In this document: in pieces, positions 13,608-32,915 of the stretch
Position numbering within the stretch: the stretch's first letter is position 1
Layout of the letters: the number at the start of each line of letters is the position of its first letter
Assembly (NCBI RefSeq): GCF_009914755.1
Contig: NC_060932.1
Direction: 5' to 3' (one strand)
DNA length: 64,000 nucleotides
From: the human T2T-CHM13v2.0 reference genome, Homo sapiens
The notes under the pieces: model-generated
Told to the model about the DNA's origin: nothing
Databases searched by the model: none
What the model saw: only the letters and a program-made list of their open reading frames with translations
Made by a program: the position numbers and the translations under genes

Positions 13608-15880
13608 TGTATTAGTCCATTCTCATGCTGCTGATAAAGACATATCCAGACTGGGTAATTTATAAAGGAAATTATAAATTTCCTTTATAATTATAAAGGA
13701 AATTATAAATTCATTGACTCACAGTTCAGCATGGCTGGGGAGGCCTCAGGAAACTTAAAATCATGGCAGAAGGGGAATCAAACACGTTCTTCTTTTTTGA
13801 TAGAAGCGAAGAGAAGTGCCGAGCAAAAGGAGGAAAAGCCCCTTATAAAATCATCAGATCTCGTGAGAACTCACTCACTATCATGAGGACAGCATGAAGG
13901 TAACCACCGCCATGTTCAATTACCTCCTACCAAGTCCCTCCCACTACATGTGGGGATTATGGGAACAACAATTCGAGATGAGATTTGGGTGGGGACACAG
14001 CCAAACCATATAATTCTGCCTGTGACCCCCTCCTAAATCTTACATCCTCACATTTCAAAACATAATTATGCCTTCCCAACAGTCCCCCAGAGTCTTAACT
14101 CATTCCAGCATTAACTCAAAAGTCCAAGTCCAAAGTCTCATCTGAGACAAGGCAAGTCCCTTCCACTAGAAGCCTGTAAAATCAAAAGCAAGTTAGTTAC
14201 TTCCTAGATACAATGGGAGTACACCATTCCAAATGGGATAAATTGGCCAAAACAAAGGGGCTAGAGGCCCATGCAAGTCCAAAATCCAATAGGGCAGTCA
14301 TTAAATCTTAGAGTTCCTAAACGATCTCCTTTGACTCCATGTCTCCCAGGTCACACTGATACAAGAGGTGTATGTACGGCCTTGGGCAGCTCCACACATG
14401 TGGCTTTGCAGGATACAGCCTCCCTCCCAGCTGCTTTCACTAGCTGGCGTGAAGCGTCTGTGGCTTTTCCAGGTGCATGGTGTAAGCTGTCAGTGGATCT
14501 ACCATTCTGGTGTCTGGAGGATGGTGGCCCTCTTCTCACAGCTCTACTAGGCAGTGCCTCAGTGGAGACTCTGTGTGGGGGCTCCAGTCTCACATTTCCC
14601 TTCTACACTGCCCCAGCAGAGGCTCTCCATGAGGCTTCTGCCTCTGCAGCACACCTCTGCCTGGACATCCAGGCGTTTCCATACATCCTCTGAAATCTAG
14701 GCAGAGGCTCCCAAACCTTAATTCTTGTCTTCTGCACACCCACAGGACCAACACCGTGTGGAAGCTGCCAATGCTTGTGGCTTGCACCCTCTGAAGCCAT
14801 GGCCTGAGTTGTACCTTTGCCCCTTTTAGTCACGGCTGGAGTGGCTGAGACACAGGGCACCAAGTCCCTAGGCTGCACACAGCAGGGGCAGCCTGGAACC
14901 AGCCAAGGAAACCATTTTTTCCTCCTAGGCCAGGCTTGTGATGGGAGGGGCTGCTCTGAAGGTCTCTGACATGCCCTAGAGACATATTCTTCATCGTCTT
15001 GGCAATTAGCATTTGGCTCCTTGTTGCTTATGCAAATTCCTGCAGCTGGCTTAAATTTCTCCCCAGAAAATGGGTTTTTCTTTTCTACTGCATCATCAGG
15101 CTGCAAAATTTTCAAACTTGTATGCTCTGCTTCCCTTTTAAATATAAGTTCCAGTTTCAGATAATCTCTCTCAAGTTCAAAGTTCCACAAATCTCTAGGG
15201 CAGGAGCAAAATGCTGCCAGTCTCTTTGCATAGATAGAGTGACTTTTACTCCAGTTCCCAAGAAGTTCCCCATCTGCATCTGAGACCACGTCAACCTGGA
15301 CCTAATATTGTCCATATTACCATTGCCATTTTGGACAAAGCTATTCAACAAGTCTCTAGGAAATTCTAAACCTTCCCACAGTTTTCTATCTTCTTCTGAG
15401 CCCTCCAAATGGTTCCAATCTCTGCCTCTTAGCCAGTTCCAAAGTCACTTCCACATATTTGGGTATCTTTACAGCAGTACCCCTCTCCTGGTACCAATTT
15501 ACTGTATTAGTCTGTTCTCACACTGCAAATAAAGATATACCCAAGACTGGGTAATTTATAAAGGAAAGAGGTTTAATTGACTCATGGTTCCACAGGGCTG
15601 GGGAGGCCTCAGGAAACTTATAATCATGGCAGAAGGGGAAGCAAACACATCCTTCTTCACATGGCAGAAGAAAGGGGATGAGTGAGTGCCCAGTGAAGGA
15701 GGTAGCCCCTTACAACACCATCAGATCTCATGAGAACTCACTATCACCAGAACAGCAAGGAGGTAACAGCCCCCATAATTAAATTACTACCTCCCACTGG
15801 GTCCCTCCCACTACAGGTGGGGATTATGTGAACTACAATTCAAGATGAGATTTGGGTGGAGACACAGCCAAATGATATCA
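13608..15880 (-). mobile_element. Full-length THE1 (THE1C-like) MaLR provirus: LTR 13608-14013, internal 14014-15502, LTR 15503-15880
   Basis: Two LTRs, each TGTATTAGTC...CCAAA..ATAT(C/A)A; typical THE1-int; perfect 5-bp TSD GCTCC (13603-13607, 15881-15885). Confidence 0.95.
14603..15289 (-). pseudogene. THE1-int (MaLR) internal ORF remnant
   Basis: Translation ELLGNWSK..YAKRLAAFCSCPRDLWNFELERD..EKKNPFSGEKFKPAA matches the recalled MaLR internal ORF. Confidence 0.75.
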
Positions 15881-16508
15881 GCTCCTCAGCTACAAACCTG
15901 TACAGCATGCTACTGTCCTGAATACCGTAGGCAATTTAACACAATACTAAGTATTTGTGTATCTGAACACAGGAAAGGCACAGTAAAAATACAGTTTTAA
16001 AAACTTACAGGACCACTGTCATATATGCAGTCTGTTGTCAACCAAAACATTATGTAGCACATTACTGTATATAATTTTTTCCATCTTTACATCACTTGGG
16101 AACATACAATATAATTCAACTATCCATTCACAATAAAATTAGTGAGTTGGATAAAAATTGTGTGGATAATGAATGAAAATCTTAGTTAATAAAAAAAGCA
16201 AATATTTCTAAAAGTGTTATGTACATTTCCTGCCTTCTACAACAGATTCCTGTGGACATCATTTAATCATTTTTTGGTAAATTTAGGATAAAGGTTGCTT
16301 ATTCCGCATTTTTATAGGACACTTATAACCAAATTTATTCATTCAACAAATGCCTATTGATTGTTTAGTATGTTCAAATGATAAAGTTAGGCTCTGGGCT
16401 ACAAACATTATTTTTAAAAAAAAGGATTCTTTTCTGTCTCAACCATCTCAATAGTCTGGCAGGGAACAAAGTAATGTGTCCCCAGTTAGTTGTAATAATA
16501 AATGCAAT

Positions 16509-19333
<2,825 letters not shown>

Positions 19334-19544
19334 AATAATTAATGCAATCAATCATACATTAAAGAAAAATTTTTAAGGAGGTGATATTTTGCCACGTAGC
19401 CTGGTCATCAAAAAACAAAAATATTCTAGCAGATATAAAAGAGGATTAAGATACCCTAGGCAGGGAATAGAACACACAGCTGAAGCATAAATTTGAAGAG
19501 ATGATAAGGAGATGTGCTAAGCGGGAGAAACAGTAAAGACACAA

Positions 19545-19765
19545 TATGAATAATGGTTAGTATCATGAATTTGGAATCAGATCAACCTGATTTCAAATCC
19601 CAATTCCACCACCTAACTTCACACTTAAGTAGGTTTTACCTTTTTGAACTTGTTCATCTGTAGTTGTTGTGAAAATTAGATAATGAATGTTAAACATGTA
19701 GCTTAGGTCCTAACACCCAGTGGAGAATACTTGAAGTTGTTGTTATTGATATTATCATTCATGTT
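19545..19765 (+). mobile_element. MIR SINE
   Basis: TTGGAATCAGA..CCTGATTTCAAATCCCAATTCCACCAC...GTTGTTGTGAAAATTAGATAA. Confidence 0.65.
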
Positions 19766-21803
19766 GCTATTATTAGAAATGACTCACATTAATGTCTTCA
19801 AGGATACGTCTCTAAAGGCAGTGTCCCTAAGGCATGCTTCCTCATGTAGTACCCTTGAACCAACAGCAACTCTCTTCCCCCTCGTCCATCTACCACCATC
19901 ACAATGGGCCCCACTAGCAATGCCCATTATGCCTGAACGTTTCTGATTCCATATCTTGGTAAAATATTTCCCCAACTCCTACTTTTTCAGAGCTCTACTT
20001 TCTAAGAAAGAGTGATAAAATTAGAAAAAAAAGACAACCTTATCTGTGCTAAAATAAAAATAAACTTCAGTTGAGTGTTCCTACCCTTGCAGGATGTTTC
20101 TATGCACTTTAAATATGCTCTTACTGAAATGATGTCTTAGGCAAAGAATTCACTGTAATGGTGAGAATCTCAAATGCAACGGCAGGCCTGAGGGAGAAAT
20201 TTCCACACAAACATTTCGGACCCCTCTAATGAATTATGAGTAGGTGGCTTCCTCTACCAACATGAAGAGCCATCCCTGCAGAAAACATTGCAGCTGGGTT
20301 CCAGTTTTGCATTCCATACATTTCCATTAACGTGGGTGGAAGATTTCACGGTACTATCTAGTTTATTCTTAGCATGTGTGGGTCATGCATTATTCAGCAT
20401 TATGAGACATCTATTTGAATAATAAGGTTAAAACTATTTTTAAGGCCATGGCTAACAAAGCTCTAAATATTATTAAAAGATGGAGCAGATGAAGCCATGA
20501 ATACTCACAATAAACAAGTAATAAAGTGAAGAAATTTTTATAAGGGAGCTAAGAGGAATCCAACCGGTTCCCCCAATCTGTGAAACTCCAAACCTCACTG
20601 TGCCTGAAGACCTTGGAGAGACCCAGTTGATGCCAACTCATTTTTCTGCAGAACCAGTGGGTGTACTCTCTGCCCACACCAGATTTTTCAGTAGCAACAT
20701 TTCCAAACAAACTACTAGTTTTCTAGGATCAGATAAAGTTACAAGCATCCATAAATAAGAACTTCTTAATATAATTATGAGTCTTGCTTTGGAGGGAGGA
20801 AGGGATGCAATGGAGTGATCATCAGCTGGGTCATTAAAATAATTCAGTTGCAAGTTGCTTGACTGAGGACTCCCTACTCCACAACTTCTACAAAGTAAAT
20901 CTGGGCTAGAAGGTGATTGGTTAATAATGTGATCGGTGTGGCTGGCTGTCTCTAGGTGCGTTGATAAAATGTATTTGTGCTGAAGACACTATTTATTATA
21001 AGTCACATAAGGGTGTGGTGTTTCAATGTTTCCATGTTTAGCAATTATAAACTGAACCTATTAAGTGCTTTTTAACCAACCCAGAAAGCAGACAAACTTA
21101 AAATAAGCCCAGACTACATGCTCTCTATAGATACCCTTTTTTTCTGGTCATGATTTTGCAGCTAAAGTGTCTTCAATCCCTCTTGCCATCGACACCTTAT
21201 AATCTTTATATGGAAATCTTAAGCAAAAATAAATACTAAACTTGATAACCTCTGCTTCAAATAGAAGATAGTGGTATTGAGATAAAAGAAGCAAACTGTT
21301 AATACAAGTAAAATTAAATCTGTCCAGGAACCTTTATTTTAGAAAGATTGGTATTCAAATCTTGATTCCTTGTGTTGAAACAGATGGGCTTAACAGGATA
21401 ATTCCTACAGTATATCACTTAAAAATTCACACTATTTATGCGAAGGATTTATGTTTCCAGAGTACCAGTAAAATGCCTTTGCTCTTCTTTTCCCACATGT
21501 CCTTGAACATTTCAACCACTTTTGTGGTCTCAACTATCACCCCAAGGTGAATTAGTTCTATATTCACATTTCCTTTTGCACTTGCTTTAGTTTAACAGCG
21601 TTTCTGCCTACTGGTTCTGCCAGCTGTGTCTCTCCCATTAACCTCAAGCTCAAGCTGGTTGAAATGATTCATCCCCTTATCCAATAATTCAGAGAAACTT
21701 CTGGGCTCCTGATTGTTCTCAATAAAAATCTCCATGTCTGGAATCACAGAGACACAGAATTGCAAAGTCACCCTTCCTTTTCCTTTTTCCTCTTTCTCTA
21801 CAG

Positions 21804-22035
21804 CAGAGGTTCTCAACTTCTGCTTTATGGATATTTTGAGTCTGAAAATTCTTTGTCTGGGGAAAGGAAGGCTAGAGTCGCTCTGTGTATTTTACAGTGT
21901 TTGGCAGTATCCCTGGCTTCTACTTACTTGTTGCCAGTGGCTGTATCCACTCCCCAGGTTATAACAACCAAATATCTCCAGACATTGTCAAATATTCCTG
22001 GGGGGGTAAAATCACTCCCCACCTCCAGTCACTTA
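21804..22035 (+). mobile_element. MER20 (hAT-Charlie)
   Basis: CAGAGGTTCTCAAC...TTGGCAGTATCCCTGGCTTCTAC...ACAACCAAATATCTCCAGACATTGTCAAATATTCCTGGGGGGGTAAAATC. Confidence 0.85.
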
Positions 22036-23029
22036 GTTGCCTAATAGCCAAGTGAATTTTCCCTATTCTTCTCTTGTAGCTTCTTCACATGAGTCCTTGC
22101 TATCTCATTACTGTGCCAGCCCCCGGGGAGAACAATCAGTGTGTGCTGTCTTTTTGCAGTACATTTTAGTGATGTAATAGGCAGTGTGTACCAAGACATG
22201 CCAAACTCAAAAACCAATAACCAATATGGGAGAAAGAAATTCAGAAAAGAAATCTTGGAAATATTTCTGGTAACTCAGAAGTCCTGAATAGATTTTTTTT
22301 AATTGGAGTCTGAGGATTTTAATGTTGACTTCATCTCTAGAAATTTAAAATCATGATTTGTGATAGAAAGGACCAAATAAGAAGCCACTATTTAGCCATT
22401 GTTTATGTGAGTTAATTATTTAAACAATCTTAAAATGTGAAGCTCTTTATAGCAAAGAATGTAAGTATGCACAGTAGAAAGAACACGGTTTTAGGATATT
22501 ATTAAGGTAGTGAATCCCACCTTTGATAATGTGCTAGTGAAAGATAAGAATATATAACTCTACCAGACTTGTTCTAAGGACTAGAATAGTGAATTACTGT
22601 TTCTATATTCCATCTTTTACCAGAACAAACTTGAGATAATTCAAAATGTCACATGCTTGGCACATAGCAGGTGTTCAATAAATGTAAACTAAAAATAACA
22701 TTAATATTTCATACTGAGCCTGTTACAATGACTTTAAAATGAAATTAGATGTGATCCTGTGACTGTTCCATGAGGAATCACATTAGACAAAAACAATACT
22801 GCTGAGAAAGCAGTCAGAATTTCCTGGGGGGTGTAGGGAGAAACAAGAATAGGCTTGGAGTCAAACAGTAGGTCCTCCTAGGTCCATAGACTACTATAAA
22901 TTAATGATGATAATAAACTGACTTGAAATTCAGCATCAAAAGTTTACTAGCACCCCAAAGATCTTAACTGATAATCACATTAACCCTCTTATGAAAAATA
23001 GATTACAATAATTATACTAGATCTTTGAG

Positions 23030-23750
23030 AATCCACCTGAGTGACCTTTCTATTACATATGCAACAAAGACCAAGAAAAAAGGTCCAGAGAAGCAGAAAA
23101 CATGCTTGCAAGTGTGGTGTCACACAATCCAAGAAAGGAAATGCCTCAAATAGTACGAATAGTCATCAGGACCAAGTGATGCTGAATGATTAAATAAGCA
23201 AAAAATTCAAAGTGCCCTGCTGGGCTGAGAGTCATGGAAATCATTCATAAGAGCAAGTAGAATTGCTGGTTAACACAAGCAATTTCAGTGGGATGGTAAC
23301 AGTGGACACCAGATTTCAGTGTTCTGAGAAAAGAATGAGAGGGAACCAAGGAGAGATTGTAAGTGTACATGACACTCAAATGAGTTTGGCAGTGAAAGAC
23401 AAAAGTGAGTTGGAAGGTGCTGTAGAATGAAGGGAGGTTTTCCTGGAAGTTCAGAAAAACTCACTCACATTTAAATACTTAAGAGAAGAAGCATGTTGAA
23501 GTTACGTGAATAAGAAGAGCACAATAGAATACAATTCCAGGAGAGGTAAAAAGATAGGTGATCTAGAAGAATGGTGGCGACATTAGGCTTTGATGATACA
23601 ATGAAGAGGATGGATTTATCATTCACAGTAGCAAGTGGGAAGGAGAAGAGGATGGGGACCTGGCCACTGAATCAATCCTGGCCACTGAATCAATCACAGG
23701 ACATTGAAGGAGTTCCAATCTGATGGCTTCTATTTTATTCCTGAAGAAGT
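23030..23750 (-). mobile_element. L2 fragment
   Basis: Purine-rich antisense L2 motifs (AATTTCAGTGGGATGGT..CCAGATT..GAATGAGAGG, GAGTTTGGCAGTGAAAG, TCTGATGGCTTCTATTTT). Confidence 0.55.
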
Positions 23751-24533
23751 TTTTCTCTCACTCATTCCTCTGACTTGTAAATTAAATAGGATTTTTTTCT
23801 TTTATCCATTTTCCATTTGGAGAAACAGGGACAAAAATGGTCAATGGTTAAATAACTTTGGTTGTATGTATCCCTTTTGATAATCCATGATTCTTCTTTT
23901 AATCTGTGAATCCACCCATAATCCACAGGTACATACACACTGAGAAGTATGCACACAAAACAGTTTCTAAGCTGTGCTCTGATTCGTTAATAGTTTCTCA
24001 AGTTGGTAAAATTTATATTTGAGTTACAAATGGGTAAAATATCTACTCAAATAACATGTGATTTTAGTGCGGCAGTATTGAAGCCAACGTCTCATGTAAA
24101 GATTTAGGGCTTTTTCATCAAGACACTGTATTGGAAAATCGCCTGCTAAGAATGTGGTCATTACCGTACATTTTGTGTGCAAAGCAAAGGCGGTTGATAC
24201 TGTACCTTGGCGAAGCTGCCTTAACCACCTTTGTCGCTGCCCAGGTGTTTCCCATGCCTGTGGCAGACTTAGAAGGTGGAGGAGTGGAGCCTGCCAGACC
24301 AGTTGCAAAGTGCAGAACATGCCTCAGGGCCTCCATTCACAATCCAATTTGCCTTAGCGCCTGTGCCCAGCCTTAGCACTGGAAGGCTGACCTTTCGACA
24401 CAGGTAAGTTCAGCAACAATCACTTGGCCACAGCCACAGATTCTGCCTGGTGCCAGGAATTCTATGGTCTCTTGGGTGACGGCCACTTGGCAGCAATTTT
24501 CAGAGTTCTGCTCTGGCACAGAATAAGGCTGTG

Positions 24534-24535
<2 letters not shown>

Positions 24536-24581
<46 letters not shown>

Positions 24582-24582
24582 T
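24536..24582. repeat. (TG)n microsatellite
   Basis: TG run. Confidence 0.95.
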
Positions 24583-26915
24583 CTTTTCCATAGTTAACAT
24601 TCAACACTTGCTGGAAGGGAGAGTGAAAAAAGATATAGAGTTGGAATAAAAACACCGGTGTATCTCTCTTCTCTCTTTCTAGCCTATTGTCATAACACTC
24701 TGGCTCTGCTCTGACTTCAGTGACAGTGAAAAGCAAAATGGAGGAAAGGGAAAAGGAAGATGGGAGAAAGATAAAAGGAAGAAAGAAGACGGAGAATTCT
24801 GAAACTTGGAGGCAAGAGAGGGCAGAAGATGAAACGCTGAGTTAAAATATTATCCTGGAATAAGCCCCACATGTCTTTGGGTAGAATGTCAATTCACCCC
24901 TTCTGTCTCTACTTTCTTCCAATTCAAACCTTGGGCACACTGAAGTGGACACACAAGAAAAGTCTTTTGTTATCATTTTTACACCTTCCATATTTGTGGT
25001 CTTTGAATTCCTCTAATAAATTTCCCTCTATCAGTGGAATAGCAAAACTTTTCATGATGCTTCTTAAAGTATTTTTAAGTCAGGTCTACACAACACAAAG
25101 ATAATTGCTTGGTTAATATTACCAGTTGGACAGATAAGTAGATAACTCAAGCCAAAAGTATTTCTTTGCCTGATGACCAAAAATCCACTTCACACTGAGC
25201 TGAAGGGGAAAAAAAGAGGCAAATATTAATAACAGTCAAGGGCATATACTTTGTTATGAAAGACGTTCCTTTCTCATATAATTTCCAAATGTGATTCTGT
25301 AGTAAACAACACATCTAATATGAATAATTGAAATGATTTTCCTTGTGGAAGCAAGCTCCTCTGTTCTTTTTTATATTATGGAACTACACCTGGAATTGGT
25401 TTCAAGGGAAAGTGAATCAGTTTAACTGCCTCAGCCAAACCTAGAGGGCCCCTTGCTCTCATCTGGGCTGGGAAAGAACTCAAAGTAGCATCTAATGATG
25501 ATTTTAGTGCAATATCTGGCACATAGTGAATGGTCTTTAAATATTAGCTGTTTTTATCCAATCAGGAGAAAAAACCAGAACTAAACAATATGGAGAGCTT
25601 ACACATTTAGAAAAAAGAAAGAAAGAAAGAAAGAGGAACAAAAGAAATACTAATGGTTCTTTGTGAGTATGAGCAATTTTAAAGACATTAATAAACTGGT
25701 GGAAATGGAATCTAAATTCTAAGCAACTCAAGAGTAATAAATGTGATGTAGGATAATAGAGGAAAGTGTAGACTACCCTTGAGTTAGGCAGTACAAAGAT
25801 GTAAGAAGATGATAATACATTCATATCATCAGGGCTTAGAGTCTATCAGGAGACCAAATAATTACCCTTCAGAATACATTTATTCTTGATATCCCAAGAT
25901 GGCCGAATAGGAACAGCTCCAGTCTACAGCTCCCAGCATGAGCAATGCAGAAGACGGGTGATTTCTGCATTTCCAACTGAGGCACCAGGTTCTTCTCACT
26001 GGGACTGGTTGGACAGTGGGTGCAGCTCATGGAATGTGAGCTGAAGAAGGGCAGGGCATCACCTTGCCCGGGAAGTGCAAGGGGTTGGGGAATTCTCTTT
26101 CCTAGCCAAGGGAAGCCATGACGGACGGTACCTAGAAAATCGGGACACTCCACCCCAATACTGTGCTTTTCCAATGGTCTTAGCAAATGGCACACCAGGA
26201 GATTATATCCCACACATGGCTTGGCGGGTCCCATGCCCATGGAGCCTTACTCACTGCTAGCACAGCAGTCCGAAATAGAACTGCGAGGCAGCAGCAAGGC
26301 TGGGGGAGGGGTGTCCCCTATTGCTGAGACTTCAGTAGGTAAACAAAGCAGCCTGGAAGCTCGAACTGGGTGGAGCCCACCGCAGCTCAACAAGGCCTGC
26401 CTGCCTCTGTAGACTCCACCTCCAGGGGCAGGGCATAGCTGGACAAAAGGCAGCAGAAACTTCTGCAGACTTAAAGGTCCCTGTCTGACAGCTTTGAAGA
26501 GAGCAGTGGATCTCCCAGCACAGAGTTTGAGATCTGAGAACAGACAGACTGCCTTCTTAAGTGGGTCCCTGATGCCCCCTAACTGGGAGACACCTCCCAG
26601 TAGGGGCCAACTGACACCTCATACAGCCAGGTGCCCCTCTGAGACTAAGCTTCCAGAGGAAGGATCAGGCAGTGACATTTGCTGTTCTGCAATATTTGCT
26701 GTTCTGCAGCCTCCGCTGGTGATACCCAGACAAACAGGGTCTGGAGTGGACCTCCAGCAAACTCCAACAGACCTGCAGCTGAGGGTTCTGACTGTTAGAA
26801 GGAAAACTAACAAACAGAAAGGAATAGCATCAACATCAACAAAAAGGAGATCCACACCAAAACCCCATCTGTAGGTCACCATCATCAAAGACCAAAAGTA
26901 GATAAAACCACAAAG

Positions 26916-27940
26916 ATGGGGAGAAACCAGAGCAGAAGAGCTGAAAATTCTAAAAACCAGAGTGCCTCTTCTCCTCCAAAGGATCACAGCTCCTCACCAG
27001 AGATGGAACAAAGCTGGACAGAGAATGACTTTGACAAGTTGACAGAAGTAGACTTCAGGAGATCGGTAATAACAAGCTCCTCGGAGCTAAAGGAGGATGT
27101 TTGAACCCATCGCAAGGAAGCTAAAAACCTTGAAAAAAGATTAGACAAATGGCTAACTAGAATAAACAGCATAGAGAAGACCTTAAATGACCTGATGGAG
27201 CTGAAAACCATGGCACAAGAACTACGTGATGCATGAACAAGCTTCAGTAGCCTATTTGATCAAGTGGAAGAAAGAGTATCAGTGATTGAAGATCAAATGA
27301 ATGAAATGAAGAGAGATGACAAGGTTAGAGAAAAAAGAGTAAAAAGAAATGAACAAAGCCTCCAAGAAATATGGGACTATGTGAAAAGACCAAATCTACA
27401 TTTGATTGGTGTAACTGAAAGGACGGGGAAAATGGAACCAAGTTGGGAAACACTCTTCAGGATATTATCCAGGAGAACTTCCACAACCCAGCAAGACAGG
27501 CCAACATTCAAATTCAGGAAATACAGAGAATGCCACAAAGATACTCCTTCAGAAGAGCAACCCCAAGACACACAATTGTTAGATTCACCAAAGTTGAAAT
27601 GAAGGAAAAAATGTTAAGGGCAGCTAGAGAGAAAGGTCGGGTTACCCACAAAGGGAAGCCCATCAGACTAACAGTGGATCTCTCAGCAGAAACTCTACAA
27701 GCCAGAAGAGACTGGGACACAATACTGAACATTCTTAAAGAAGAAGATTTTCAACCCAGAATTTCATATCCACCCAAACTAAGCTTCATAAGTGAAGGAG
27801 AAATAAAATCCTTTACAGACAACCAAATGTAGACAGATTTTGTCACCACCAGGCCTGCCTTACAAGAGCTCCTGAAGGAAGCACTAAACATGGAAAGGAA
27901 CAACCAGTACCAGCCACTGCAAACACGTGCCAAATTGTAA
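26916..27940 (+). pseudogene. L1 ORF1p (RNA-binding chaperone), disrupted by stops and a frameshift
   Basis: Fragments MGRNQSRRAENSKNQSASSPPK, KRNEQSLQEIWDYVKRPNL, EKGRVTHKGKPIRLTVDLSAETLQARR; ends GCCAAATTGTAA. Confidence 0.9.
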
Positions 27941-28003
27941 AGATCATCAATGCTAGGAAGAAACTGCATCAACTAATGAGCAAAATAACCAACTAACATC
28001 ATA

Positions 28004-31823
<3,820 letters not shown>

Positions 31824-32035
31824 ACAGTGAGAACACTTGGACACAGGGTGGGGAACATCACACACCAGGGCCTGTTGTGGGGTGGGGGAAGAAGGGAGGG
31901 ATAGCATTAGGAGAAATACCTAATGTAAATGACGAGTTGCTGGGTGCAGCACACCAACATGGCACATGTATACATATGTAACAAAGCTGCACATTGTGGA
32001 CATGTACCCTAGAACTTAAAGTATAAAAAAAAAAA

Positions 32036-32288
32036 TCTAGTGTTCAGTAGCACAATAGGGCAACTATAGTTAAGAAAAATTTATTTTATTTCAAAATAAT
32101 TAAAAGAGTGGGATTGGAATCTTCCTAGCACAAAGAAATGATAAATGCTTGAGGTGATGGATACCCCAATTACCCCAGTTTGATCATTACACATCTTAGG
32201 CTTGTATCAATATCACATGTACCCCATAAATATGTAAAACTTGTGCAACTACAGCAATTAAAAATGAACAATTTCAAACCGAAAAAAA
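32036..32288 (+). mobile_element. L1MA(2-4)-like 3' end carried as a 3' transduction of the L1PA
   Basis: TCTAGTGTTCAGTAGCACAATAGGG...CACAAAGAAATGATAAATGCTTGAGGTGATGGATACCCCAATTACCC is an L1MA 3'UTR; it lies inside the L1PA TSD pair. Confidence 0.85.
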
Positions 32289-32888
32289 AGAATACATTTA
32301 TTCTTGTATTCTAATCTTTTAACTTCAATGAATACTTCCTTCTTCTTATAAACATACAGATACAGAAGTACATGTGTATTACTTATTAATTATATGAAGA
32401 CACCTATGGTAAATAGATGAAAGCTTGAAACTTTATACCAAGTAAACCATTATATGAAGTCCCAAAAAGTGAATGTTTAATTGCAGCCTTTTTTTTTTTT
32501 TAACTCTGCCAAGGTCAATTCAAGGGTAACTTGCTATTTTGGGGATACCATTGCTCTTTCAAAGTTATAATGGTGGACTATGAATGTTCTTTTCACAAGT
32601 GTCCACTACTTCAGCTCAATATTTTATAATTTGTTTAAATAGCCTTCTATCTTCAATTCTCTGAATAGGCTTCTGCTCAGCCAAGTTTCCTTGGGATGAC
32701 TTCTGGCTCTAAACCCAAGTTCTAAGTGCTGATAACCTATCTTACTACTCAGCACTCACCAAAATTCAGGGATGATGCCGGGAGAATTGTTAAAAAAGCT
32801 GGAGGGGAATCAGGTGATGTATTGTACATCATCTCTCCATTTGCCCTCTTGCTAATTTATTTTCACGTTTCTACCATATCTTCTAGCT

Positions 32889-32915
32889 TGTGTGTGTGTG
32901 TGTGTGTGTGTGTGT
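32889..32915. repeat. (TG)n microsatellite
   Basis: TG run. Confidence 0.93.

Larger units (their letters stand above)
13456..16067 (+). mobile_element. Tigger3a (MER7A/Golem) split by a THE1 provirus
   Basis: CAGTCAGGCATTGCTTAACAACAGG..TTCTGAGAAATG..GTTAGGCAATTTTGTCATTGTGC...ATAGCCTATTGCTCC, then THE1, then GCTCCTCAGCTACAAACCTGTACAGCATG...ATTACTG(TA). Confidence 0.88.
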
